DNA of 64,000 bases from Candidatus Latescibacterota bacterium. Lineage in GTDB: Bacteria; Latescibacterota; UBA2968. Made by a program: the position numbers and the translations under genes. The stretch is from the NCBI GenBank assembly GCA_965222605.1, contig OZ244960.1, forward strand, positions 288,001-352,000. Reading direction: 5' to 3'. A model generated the notes under the pieces. That model saw only the letters and a program-made list of their open reading frames with translations. It had not been told where the DNA came from and ran no database searches. Below, piece by piece: positions 40,383 to 48,809 of the stretch (the stretch's first letter is position 1; every line of letters starts with the position of its first letter).

Positions 40383-41185
40383 TATTTTAACTCTTCCATA
40401 ACCCTGCGAGTAATTTCCGCAACGAGATCGTCTTGGGAAGTTTGGGCAGGGGCTGTACCGCCAGCGCTCAACGTGCGAATTGTGGGAATGTGGGTAGTGG
40501 ATTGAGTTGTGGGTGCATCGGGTATATCGCATGCCGGATCGGGGCCGCGAAGGCCCATGCGGTTGCGAATAGCGACCAGTTTAGCCACCTGTTCCGCATT
40601 GAGTTCGTTATACCCGCCGAGTTGGTTTGCCACAAAAAGTATTTTCGCAAAATGCTCCATCGTTTCCATCTTGTAATAGGCATTCATCACATCGGTGCCG
40701 ATCGTAGTCGCACCGTGATTTTCGAGCAAATAGGCGTCGTAATCCACGACGTATTGCCTGATCGGTTCAGAAATCTCTGGTCCCCCCGGCGTACCGTATT
40801 CCACAATGGGTATGGCGCCGAGTGTGATAATCACCTCGGGCAAAACACATGCAGTGAGCGAAACGCCTGCAACCGCAAAACCAGTAGCAGTTGGCGGATG
40901 CGCGTGTACAACAGCGCGCACATCGGGACGCTCGCGATAAAGAAAAATATGCATGCCAATTTCCGACGAAGGCCGCTTTTGCCCACTCACAAGCGTGCCA
41001 TCCATGTCCGTAATACAGAGATCTTCGACCTTGAGAAATCCCTTGGACATCCCCGTTGGCGTCGTGAGAATGCGGTCTTCTTCAATTCGGCAAGAAATAT
41101 TGCCATCGTTGGAAGCGACAAAGCCGCGATCGTACACGCGACGCCCGGCTTCAATAATATCGAGTTTGGCCTGATGGAGATTCAT
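40382..41185 (-). CDS. Class II aldolase/adducin family protein (fuculose/rhamnulose-phosphate aldolase-like) with a C-terminal encapsulation peptide
   Basis: DGNIS, TPTG, PSSE..MH, VVHAHPP, LENHG; tail QDDLVAEITRRVMEELK. Confidence 0.9.
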   Translation of the reverse strand: MNLHQAKLDIIEAGRRVYDRGFVASNDGNISCRIEEDRILTTPTGMSKGFLKVEDLCITDMDGTLVSGQKRPSSEIGMHIFLYRERPDVRAVVHAHPPTATGFAVAGVSLTACVLPEVIITLGAIPIVEYGTPGGPEISEPIRQYVVDYDAYLLENHGATTIGTDVMNAYYKMETMEHFAKILFVANQLGGYNELNAEQVAKLVAIRNRMGLRGPDPACDIPDAPTTQSTTHIPTIRTLSAGGTAPAQTSQDDLVAEITRRVMEELK

Positions 41186-41193
41186 TTTACGTC

Positions 41194-41466
41194 TCACCTT
41201 TTGATATCAATATCGTCAACGACGCCGACGATAACGGAACGTACAGCAGGCAATTCCACATTGAGAACGAGACCTGCTGCGACACCCTGACGAATTACGA
41301 GGACAATCTCGCCGCGACCAACGCCTGTGGCATCAACTGCGAGCGCCGATGCGCCATCATCTTTGCCATCGGGAGTAATGGGCTGCACGACCATGAGTTT
41401 AGCGCTGTTATAATCGCTGTGTTTAATAGTCGATGTGACGCTGCCGAGTACGCGAGCCAGGAACAT
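41194..41466 (-). CDS. BMC pentamer shell protein (EutN/CcmL, BMC-P)
   Basis: MFLARVLGSVTSTIKH...AVDATGVGRGEIVL...IVGVVD. Confidence 0.92.
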   Translation of the reverse strand: MFLARVLGSVTSTIKHSDYNSAKLMVVQPITPDGKDDGASALAVDATGVGRGEIVLVIRQGVAAGLVLNVELPAVRSVIVGVVDDIDIKR

Positions 41467-41542
41467 ATAGAATTTGGGATTCGGGATTTAGCTGCTTTCT
41501 CCCCTTCTCGTCTGGGGAGCCGGAGGGTAGGTCGCCTCACAA

Positions 41543-41806
41543 TCAGACATTGACCTGATCGACAATGCCAACAACTGCCGCGTCAACCGGGCCGTATTTA
41601 TCGGGCAGGGCATTGGGAGCCTCTCGTGAACCGACCCAGTAGATGGTCTCGCCATCGCTGGCATTGACCACATCAACCGCGACAAACGCATCCCCTGCTT
41701 TTTTGTGCTCGTGATCAATAGGTTCAACGACAAGCAGTCTAAAACCTTTGAGCGAGGCATCTTTACGCGTCGCCCAAATTTTGCCAATGACACGGCCGAG
41801 GAACAT
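41543..41806 (-). CDS. BMC pentamer shell protein (EutN/CcmL, BMC-P)
   Basis: MFLGRVIGKIWATRKD...VAVDVV...PVDAAVVGIVD. Confidence 0.92.
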   Translation of the reverse strand: MFLGRVIGKIWATRKDASLKGFRLLVVEPIDHEHKKAGDAFVAVDVVNASDGETIYWVGSREAPNALPDKYGPVDAAVVGIVDQVNV

Positions 41807-41829
41807 TTTTACCTCGCGAGATGCGGGAC

Positions 41830-43266
41830 TTATACAATTCTAAAATAGTCGATAAGGGCACAGCGGCGCTGGCGGGTAAATGTGCGAGCAGACGTGCAGC
41901 CTTCGCCGGTGGGTGTGGCAATAGAGAAAGACGTATAGCCTTCACCACCTGCGCCCAATCCCGCAGATGACGCGCCGTTTTTCACAAAAATCGCACACTT
42001 ACATTGGCGAGCCATAACCGTCATATTCTCGACATTCTTCGAGTGCATGACCGCCGTGTGGCGATACCCCTGTTCGGCTCGAATAGCCCAGTCAATTGCC
42101 CTGTGTACATCGGGTGTGCGAACAATGGGAACAAACGGCATCATCTGCTCGTGTTGAACAAAATCGTGCTCATTTTCAACCTCGCCAATTAAAAGCTCTG
42201 TATCGGGCGAAATATTGAGGCCAATTTGAGCAGCAAGCACATGCGCGCTGCGACCGACGAGATCTCGATTGAGCATCCAATCGCCTTTTTCGTCGCGGGG
42301 AAACGCGATTTTAGTCAGCGCATCAATTTGTGAACGATCGAGTTCTACACAATTATTTCCCTTCAAGTGGCGCATCAGTTCGTCGGCCACGGATTGAACG
42401 ACAAAAACTTCCTTTTCACCAATGCACAAAATATTATTGTCAAAACCGCCGCCTTCAATAATGCTGAGGGCGGCCTTTTCGATATCGGCGGTCTCATCCA
42501 CCACCACAGGTGGATTGCCAGGCCCGGCTGCGATCACGCGCTTGGGTGCTTGCATGGCCGCTTTGACAACGCCACCGCCACCAGTGACGAGAACGAGATC
42601 GACGCTGGGATGCACAAAAAGGCTCTGCGCCGTTTCTATGGAGGGTTCACGCACAGCAACGAGCAAATTTGGTGGGCCGCTCGCACCGGCAATGGCGCGA
42701 TTGAGCATTTGAAGGCCCAGAGCCGAAACATTTTTCGCGCTCGGATGGGGCGCAAAAACCGCGCTATTGCCCGCAGCGATAAAGCTAATTGCATTGTTGA
42801 CCATCGTGGGCACCGGATGCGTGGATGGCGTAACAGCGGCAATCACGCCAAAGGGTGCCATTTCAACAACCGTCAAACCATTGTCGCCCGTCCACGCCGT
42901 GGGCTGCAAATCTTCAACGCCAGGCGTGTGCTGTGCAACAACCTCGAATTTGCGAATTTTGTGCGGCACCTTGCCCATGCCGGTTTCTTCAACGGTTTTT
43001 TGCGCGATACCCTTTGAATGCGCCATAGATTCGCGGCGGATCGCAGAAATAAGCTCGCGGCGGTGCTCCAGGCTCATCGCTTCAAGGGCACGCTGGGCTT
43101 CTGAAGCCGCGGCTATAGCTTCTTCGAGGTCGTTAAAAAGGCCATCGTCGCCTTTGTTTTCATAGCGAGCGGGCGGTGCAATGACCGCAGGAGCTTCGCG
43201 CTCAGCCACAAGGCGACGCACAACCTGCTCAACCACTGATCGGATTTGGATTTCGTCTAAGTTCAT
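41830..43266 (-). CDS. Acylating aldehyde dehydrogenase (EutE/PduP-like) with an N-terminal encapsulation peptide
   Basis: LDEIQIRSVVEQVVRRL; PFGVI; TGGGGVV; AGPGNPPVVVDETAD; FDNNILCIGEK (catalytic Cys); TPTGEG.TSARTF. Confidence 0.93.
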   Translation of the reverse strand: MNLDEIQIRSVVEQVVRRLVAEREAPAVIAPPARYENKGDDGLFNDLEEAIAAASEAQRALEAMSLEHRRELISAIRRESMAHSKGIAQKTVEETGMGKVPHKIRKFEVVAQHTPGVEDLQPTAWTGDNGLTVVEMAPFGVIAAVTPSTHPVPTMVNNAISFIAAGNSAVFAPHPSAKNVSALGLQMLNRAIAGASGPPNLLVAVREPSIETAQSLFVHPSVDLVLVTGGGGVVKAAMQAPKRVIAAGPGNPPVVVDETADIEKAALSIIEGGGFDNNILCIGEKEVFVVQSVADELMRHLKGNNCVELDRSQIDALTKIAFPRDEKGDWMLNRDLVGRSAHVLAAQIGLNISPDTELLIGEVENEHDFVQHEQMMPFVPIVRTPDVHRAIDWAIRAEQGYRHTAVMHSKNVENMTVMARQCKCAIFVKNGASSAGLGAGGEGYTSFSIATPTGEGCTSARTFTRQRRCALIDYFRIV

Positions 43267-43282
43267 AAGCAATAGAAGCTTT

Positions 43283-43315
43283 CAGCGATCAGCTGTCTGC
43301 TGACCGCTGATCGCT
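43283..43315. repeat. Short heptamer-based inverted repeat
   Basis: CAGCGATCAGC-TGTCT-GCTGACCGCTGATCGCT in the BMC-P/AldDH spacer. Confidence 0.5.
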
Positions 43316-43604
43316 ATTTCTGATAAACTGCTTCGCCTTCGATTTCTGCCGTGTCAATAATAGCGACAATCACAGCATCGACAGGGCGATTTTCAGTCGC
43401 ACTCGTCATACGGGCGGAACTCCCACTACAACAGAGCACGACTTCGCCATCGCCTGCACCAACAGCATCTACGGCGACCAAAAAACTTTCTTTTAGTTCG
43501 AATGCGGACAAATCGAGCGTTTGGACGATCTGGAGCTTAAAACCCGCCAGGCCGCTGTCTTTTTGGGTGGCAACCACCGTTCCCACCACCTTGCCGAGGG
43601 TCAT
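43314..43604 (-). CDS. BMC pentamer shell protein (EutN/CcmL, BMC-P)
   Basis: GKVVGTVVATQKD...VAVDAVGAGDGEVVL..SGSSAR...PVDAVIVAIID. Confidence 0.93.
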   Translation of the reverse strand: MTLGKVVGTVVATQKDSGLAGFKLQIVQTLDLSAFELKESFLVAVDAVGAGDGEVVLCCSGSSARMTSATENRPVDAVIVAIIDTAEIEGEAVYQK

Positions 43605-43607
43605 AGT

Positions 43608-43892
43608 TTAGTCGTCTGAAGAGCCGATAGGCAGAATATCTTCGAGGCTACCATGCGGTCGCGGAATGACGTGTACGGAAATGAGTTCGCCAATTTTGCC
43701 AGCAGCAGCAGCGCCAGCTTCAGTTGCAGCTTTAACGGCTGCCACATCGCCGCGCACCATGGCAGTGACATATCCCGCGCCAATGCGTTCCCAATTGACA
43801 AATTGGACATTGGCGGCTTTGACCATCGCATCTGCCGCCTCAATCATAGCTACGAGACCTTTGGTTTCAATCATGCCGAGGGCTTCACCCAT
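43608..43892 (-). CDS. BMC hexamer shell protein (BMC-H, EutM/PduA-like)
   Basis: [26 protein letters not shown]...[11 protein letters not shown]...HVIPRPH. Confidence 0.96.
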   Translation of the reverse strand: MGEALGMIETKGLVAMIEAADAMVKAANVQFVNWERIGAGYVTAMVRGDVAAVKAATEAGAAAAGKIGELISVHVIPRPHGSLEDILPIGSSDD

Positions 43893-43916
43893 GTTGCAAT
43901 TCCTCCTGAAAAATGA

Positions 43917-44189
43917 TCATTGTGTACTAAAAATAACCGCATCTACTTGTGGATCGAGATTTGGGATAACGTGAGCGGCAACGAGATCCCCAACGCGCTC
44001 GGCAGCTTCTGTTCCCGCTTCGATAGCTGCACGAACCGCGCCCACATCGCCGCGCACCAGTGTGGTGGTATATCCCGCACCGATTTTTTCGTACTTTTCA
44101 ATCGTGACGAGAGCCGTCTTAACCATCGCATCGGCAGCTTCTGTTGTGCCAATAACGCCGAGTGTTTCAATCATACCGAGTGCAGTCAT
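43917..44189 (-). CDS. BMC hexamer shell protein (BMC-H)
   Basis: ALGMIETLG...EAADAMVK...KIGAGY...RGDVGAVRAA...HVIP. Confidence 0.94.
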   Translation of the reverse strand: MTALGMIETLGVIGTTEAADAMVKTALVTIEKYEKIGAGYTTTLVRGDVGAVRAAIEAGTEAAERVGDLVAAHVIPNLDPQVDAVIFSTQ

Positions 44190-44228
44190 AAAGTTGGAGA
44201 CTAGCAGGAACAAGCCCCTGGCCCCTTC

Positions 44229-44936
44229 TCATTTTATCATAAATGCCATATCTCCACAGACGAGATCGGCCGCGTTGGCATCGTCGGTATCCAAATGGAG
44301 TTCGGGCAAATAACTTTCGTCAATTTTGAGGTGCACATTGTCATATATAACGCCTTTTTCGCCTCCCACGCGCACCCTGACAGATTCCCGTCCTTGAAAG
44401 CCATAGTCCATTACATCAGACGGGCGCAGGTGAATGTGGCGCGCCGCGCGAATGGCTGCGTTGACTGTGACCGAACCCTTGGGACCGATGAAAGTAACAG
44501 GCGGCGCATCTCTCAGATCTCCCGAATCCCTCACAGGCGGGTCAACGCCGATATAGATGGCATCGGTTCGGGCGAGTTCGACCTGATTATAGTCGCGGCT
44601 GGGACCGAGAATCCGCACGCGCTCAATCGCGCGCAACCGGGGGCCAACAACAGAGATGACTTCCTCGGCGGCAAAAGCGCCCGGTTGGTAGAGCTCGCGA
44701 TAAGGCGTTAAGGTGTGACCCGCGCCAAAAAGAATCTCCAGGGTTTCATCATCAACATGTGCATGCCGAGCGGATACACCTACAGAAATGGGAATTTCTT
44801 CGCCATCTCCACCGCGGATCTGGCGCACGACTTCTTGCGCAATGCGGTCAATCGCATCGCCTTCCCCATTATTTTGCCCGAAAGCGCAAAGACCGCAATC
44901 ATCGCACACAGAGGCATTTTTTCGCATTGGAAGCAT
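44229..44936 (-). CDS. pduL: PduL-type phosphate acyltransferase with an N-terminal encapsulation peptide
   Basis: VGVSARHAH, QPGAFAAEE, VRILGP, RDSGDL, ARHIH, LHLDTDDANA; DAIDRIAQEVVRQIR; start may be 44936 or 44927. Confidence 0.92.
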   Translation of the reverse strand: MLPMRKNASVCDDCGLCAFGQNNGEGDAIDRIAQEVVRQIRGGDGEEIPISVGVSARHAHVDDETLEILFGAGHTLTPYRELYQPGAFAAEEVISVVGPRLRAIERVRILGPSRDYNQVELARTDAIYIGVDPPVRDSGDLRDAPPVTFIGPKGSVTVNAAIRAARHIHLRPSDVMDYGFQGRESVRVRVGGEKGVIYDNVHLKIDESYLPELHLDTDDANAADLVCGDMAFMIK

Positions 44937-44975
44937 CGTCAAAATGTAGTATCGAGTGCTGTTTACAAAGGGCGA

Positions 44976-45004
44976 AAAATAGCTCATGACTGCTGTAAAG
45001 TCAA
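44976..45004 (-). promoter_or_regulatory. sigma70-type promoter of the BMC operon
   Basis: TTGACT-N17-TATTTT on the minus strand. Confidence 0.6.
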
Positions 45005-45093
45005 GGGCTAAACACGCCGTAAAAAGCGCGATGCTTGACAAGTACCGAGCTTTGAACCAAATTCAGAGAGACTGTTTATTTTTTCTAACCATC

Positions 45094-46707
45094 ATGAGAA
45101 ATATACACTTGCTACTTAGATTACTCATGTGCATCCTGCTGTTTTTTTGTATAGCCAGTCCGGTAATCAGCGAAGATGCCTCGCCCGATATCCCACTGTA
45201 TCATCCCGTGTATCCCCTGTTGGATCGCCTGAATACGCGAGGTTGGGTCGCCGTGCCCGATACGCGCCCCTTGACCCGGACACAAGTTGCGCAGATGCTT
45301 TCCGCCGTGTCCAGTCAATCTATGTCGGCAACCGAGCGTGGCCTCATCAACCGATATATTGCAGAATTGGAAAATCGCGTGGCCTTTGCACGCGAACCCC
45401 GATGGATCTGGCACGACTCCACGGCGTCCGTCACCCTCGAACCGCTGGCTCGGCAACAGGTGATTGCACGCAGGGGCGATGGATTTTTGAACGAGACCAC
45501 ATCGCAAACCTATATTGGCGGTTCTGTGCGCGGGCGATTCCACACATTGGGATTTTACGCACGCCACTTTGAGGCCCGCGAGTGGAGCAACCAACCGCGC
45601 CTTCGCCGAAAAGATGTGCTGGCCCGCCCCATTGAAGATGTGCAACTCAAGGGCAAAAAGGCAGATTTTCGGGAAAGCGCGTTTCAACTGGCCTGGGCAA
45701 ATTCATGGATACGTATAGATGCCGGCAAAGGAAGCCTCAGTTGGGGGCCTGGACGCACGGGAAATTTATTGCTCTCCAACAATGCGCCATCTTATGGCTT
45801 GTTCCGGTTGCGTACATCACACGGGCGATTGCGCTATACCCATATCGCTTCATCACTGCGCGCACGCCCGGGATTAATCGACACAACGCGACGGTGGATT
45901 GACAATGGGCATGTGCGTATTTTTTTAAGGCAAAAGCGACTTGCCGCGCACCGCCTGGACATTGAGTTCTCAAAAGTGAGAATTGGATTGCACGAGGCAG
46001 TGGTATATGGCGACCGGGGATTTGAGCTACTCTACGTTTTGCCAGTCGCCGTATTTGCGGGAACGCAAAATCACCTGGGAAATCGCGACAATCTCGTAAT
46101 TGGAGCCGATATATCAGCTCACATCCTGACGGGACTGACACTTTATGGCGCGTGGTTTTTCGACGATATGGTCAAATTCGATCCCAATGCGTTTTCCAAT
46201 CAATTTGCCTTTCAAGTGGGCGCGTTCTGGGTCGATCCCCTGGGCTTGCGAGATACCGATGTGCGCGCCGAATATGTGCGCGTGGAGCCTTATGTGTACG
46301 CGCACAATTTCCACATCAATACGTATGAACACTACGACACGCTTTTGGGCTATCCAACCGGACCAAATGCAGACCGCTATTTTGCACAAGTGACGCACCG
46401 CTTTTCGCCAAGTCTGAATGCGTCTTTAACTTTCGAAAGAGAGCGACAAGGTGAAAATCCAGTAAATCCAGATGGAACAATTGTCAATGTGGGCGGCAAT
46501 GCACAACTGGGACGTCGGTTAGAGGACCCAACCACGCGAAATTTTATGTCGGGCAATATAGAGACACTGAAAAAAATACGCGGCCGCATAGTATTTGCAC
46601 CTGTGAGAAATTGGACTTTACAGGTACAGTATCATCGCACTATAACCCAACAAAGCCGGGCAACGGGACATGAGTGGACAGCGACGATAGATGTGAACTT
46701 TTATTAA
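45094..46707 (+). CDS. Capsule assembly Wzi-family outer-membrane protein
   Basis: Signal peptide; WGPGRTGNLLLSNNAP; AAHRL; EY.RVEPYVY; LGYPTGPNAD; aromatic C-terminus. Confidence 0.75.
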   Translation: MRNIHLLLRLLMCILLFFCIASPVISEDASPDIPLYHPVYPLLDRLNTRGWVAVPDTRPLTRTQVAQMLSAVSSQSMSATERGLINRYIAELENRVAFAREPRWIWHDSTASVTLEPLARQQVIARRGDGFLNETTSQTYIGGSVRGRFHTLGFYARHFEAREWSNQPRLRRKDVLARPIEDVQLKGKKADFRESAFQLAWANSWIRIDAGKGSLSWGPGRTGNLLLSNNAPSYGLFRLRTSHGRLRYTHIASSLRARPGLIDTTRRWIDNGHVRIFLRQKRLAAHRLDIEFSKVRIGLHEAVVYGDRGFELLYVLPVAVFAGTQNHLGNRDNLVIGADISAHILTGLTLYGAWFFDDMVKFDPNAFSNQFAFQVGAFWVDPLGLRDTDVRAEYVRVEPYVYAHNFHINTYEHYDTLLGYPTGPNADRYFAQVTHRFSPSLNASLTFERERQGENPVNPDGTIVNVGGNAQLGRRLEDPTTRNFMSGNIETLKKIRGRIVFAPVRNWTLQVQYHRTITQQSRATGHEWTATIDVNFY

Positions 46708-46720
46708 ATGGAAATCGGAA

Positions 46721-47881
46721 ATGAGTCATCGCCAGAGCCTGTGGGGCCTGCTCGCATTCGCATTGTTATTGCGCGTATGCTTTGGGTTGATGCAATCCAA
46801 TTTGACAAATGCGTCTGATGAAGTGCATTGGGACCGCCTGGGGCAGGCTTATGTCGCACTGGGCGTTTTGCATCCCGATACAGGGATGTACCGCCCCCCG
46901 TTATACGGGTTATTTCTCGCGAGCCTGTATCACACCTTTGGTCACAGCCCCGCCCTGGTGCAAATTGTCCAGGCTGTCCTGGGCACAATCACCTGCTATC
47001 TCATCTATATTCTGGGATGTAGAATGGGCAACATACAGGTTGGGCTGGTCGCTGCGGGTATATTTGCTATTTATCCATTATTTGTATTTTTTTGCGGCGT
47101 GTTGATGGCCGAAACCCTCCTGGTGCTGCTGACGACTATGAGCTTTTTGTGTTGTATGCATTTTTGGCAAAAGAGCACCCACACGATGGCGGTGATATTT
47201 GGCGGGATTGTGGGTCTATCCGCACTTTGCAAACCCGTTTTATTGCCCTGGTTACCCCTTGCCCTCTTTTTTTGGTGGCGAAAATCGCGCCTGACACCTG
47301 TAGAAAAAACATCGCGTGTGCTAACTGTAGCCGGCGCACTCTGCCTGATTATTTTGCCGTGGACAGCGCGCAATCATAAAATTTCTGGCGAATTTGTTCC
47401 CATCTCGACCAATTTGGGGATCAACTTGCTGGTGGGGGCACACCCCGAAGGGCGCGGCGTTTACGACAATCACATCGATTATCTGGCACTTTATCACACA
47501 CTGGCCAACACATCTCAAGGCGCAGCGGCCGACCACCGCGTCGCGGGCATTGTGTTGGGATGGATAATCGCAGAACCACTGCACTATCTGAGCTTGAGCG
47601 TTTTCAAACTGCTCTATTTTTGGTGTCCCTGGGTTCCGGGAGAGCCGCCATTGTACAACGCAATTGCCGCGCTTTCCTGTACCCCACTGCTGTTCCTGGG
47701 GTTTGTCGGCACATTTATGCAACGCCACAGACCCGAAGGACTGGCACTTATTCTATTGATAATTAGCATGTCAATATTGCACATGGTATTTTTTGCCCAC
47801 ACGCGTTTTCGGCTACCCATTGACGCGATTTTATGCGCGCCTGCTGCGTGGGTATGTGTGCAGTGGGTCAATCGAAAGTGA
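46721..47881 (+). CDS. GT-C (ArnT/PMT_2, family 39-like) membrane glycosyltransferase
   Basis: DE motif, YRPPLY, ETL, LPWTARN, RFRLP; many TM segments. Confidence 0.8.
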   Translation: MSHRQSLWGLLAFALLLRVCFGLMQSNLTNASDEVHWDRLGQAYVALGVLHPDTGMYRPPLYGLFLASLYHTFGHSPALVQIVQAVLGTITCYLIYILGCRMGNIQVGLVAAGIFAIYPLFVFFCGVLMAETLLVLLTTMSFLCCMHFWQKSTHTMAVIFGGIVGLSALCKPVLLPWLPLALFFWWRKSRLTPVEKTSRVLTVAGALCLIILPWTARNHKISGEFVPISTNLGINLLVGAHPEGRGVYDNHIDYLALYHTLANTSQGAAADHRVAGIVLGWIIAEPLHYLSLSVFKLLYFWCPWVPGEPPLYNAIAALSCTPLLFLGFVGTFMQRHRPEGLALILLIISMSILHMVFFAHTRFRLPIDAILCAPAAWVCVQWVNRK

Positions 47882-48014
47882 TGGTTCGACGTAATCCTCG
47901 TCGCTAAAACGAGGAGGTGAACCGCTACGGCTCATATCCCAACGCAGAAAGGGGTTACCGGCTGGTTGTTCACGCTGTTGGGTCACGAGCTTTCTGGTAA
48001 ATTTTTATTAAGTG

Positions 48015-48809
48015 ATGCGTATGTCTCTTATTCAATTTTGTCGGGGCGCGTTGCCTGTCTGTTTTTATCCATTTGTCAAATCTATTCATCGAAGTGGACT
48101 ACAATTTTTTTATTGGGGTAGGCGACGGGTATGTCCTTGCTGTGGTGGTCACTTTCGCAAGTTCCGGGCATTTGGGACCCCATTGCGCATTGATGCCTTG
48201 TGTCCTGTATGTGGTTCATTGGAACGCCAGCGATTATTATGGCTTTTTTTAAAAAACAGCACACCGTTTTTTGACTCGGCTCTGTCTGTTCTCCACGTTG
48301 CTCCCTCCGCTGTTTTAAAGCGTGCGTTTCAGAAACTGCCCCATCGCTATATAACGGTTGATCTGGTTTCTCCATTGGCTCAAATACGCAGCGATGTCAC
48401 ATGCTTGGCATTTGGGGCAGATTATTTTGACGCGATCCTGTGCAATCACGTTTTGGAGCACGTGTTTGATGATCGAGCCGCTATGGCTGAATTATGGCGG
48501 GTACTAAAACCGGGCGGCTGGGCAATTCTTCAAGTACCTATAGACCTGCAACGCGCAGAGACTCTCGAAGTTGAAAACTTAGATGCTTTATCTTTTAAAG
48601 ACCGTTTGCGGCTTTTTGGGCAAGCCGATCATGTGCGACAGTACGGTTGTGATTATGCTACGCGACTGTGCGAAGCGGGCTTTGATGTGCAAGTCATTGA
48701 TTTTACAAAAGTACTGGGCCAAGAAAATATCATACGGTATGGTTTGATGTCAGATGAGCAGATTTTTTTCTGTAAAAAACCCGTTATTGGAAAGCGTGAT
48801 TTGGTATGA
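48015..48809 (+). CDS. Class I SAM-dependent methyltransferase with N-terminal CxxC pairs
   Basis: CPCC...CPVCGSLERQR, VLHVAP, CNHVLEHV, RVLKPGG, FGQADHVRQYG. Confidence 0.85.
   Translation: MRMSLIQFCRGALPVCFYPFVKSIHRSGLQFFYWGRRRVCPCCGGHFRKFRAFGTPLRIDALCPVCGSLERQRLLWLFLKNSTPFFDSALSVLHVAPSAVLKRAFQKLPHRYITVDLVSPLAQIRSDVTCLAFGADYFDAILCNHVLEHVFDDRAAMAELWRVLKPGGWAILQVPIDLQRAETLEVENLDALSFKDRLRLFGQADHVRQYGCDYATRLCEAGFDVQVIDFTKVLGQENIIRYGLMSDEQIFFCKKPVIGKRDLV

Noticed and set aside
40383-40532. N-terminal extension of the sulfatase as a signal or encapsulation peptide
   Set aside because: It overlaps the aldolase C-terminus in another frame and is not hydrophobic; TAATG coupling supports ATG 40382.
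41194-44936. Carboxysome, or Eut/Pdu/glycyl-radical microcompartment
   Set aside because: No RuBisCO, carbonic anhydrase, ethanolamine ammonia-lyase, diol dehydratase or glycyl-radical enzyme; the signature enzyme is a class II aldolase.
44937-45093. Overlapping divergent starts of pduL and the wzi-like gene given by the ORF track
   Set aside because: The extensions cover promoter DNA; downstream ATGs give sensible N-termini.
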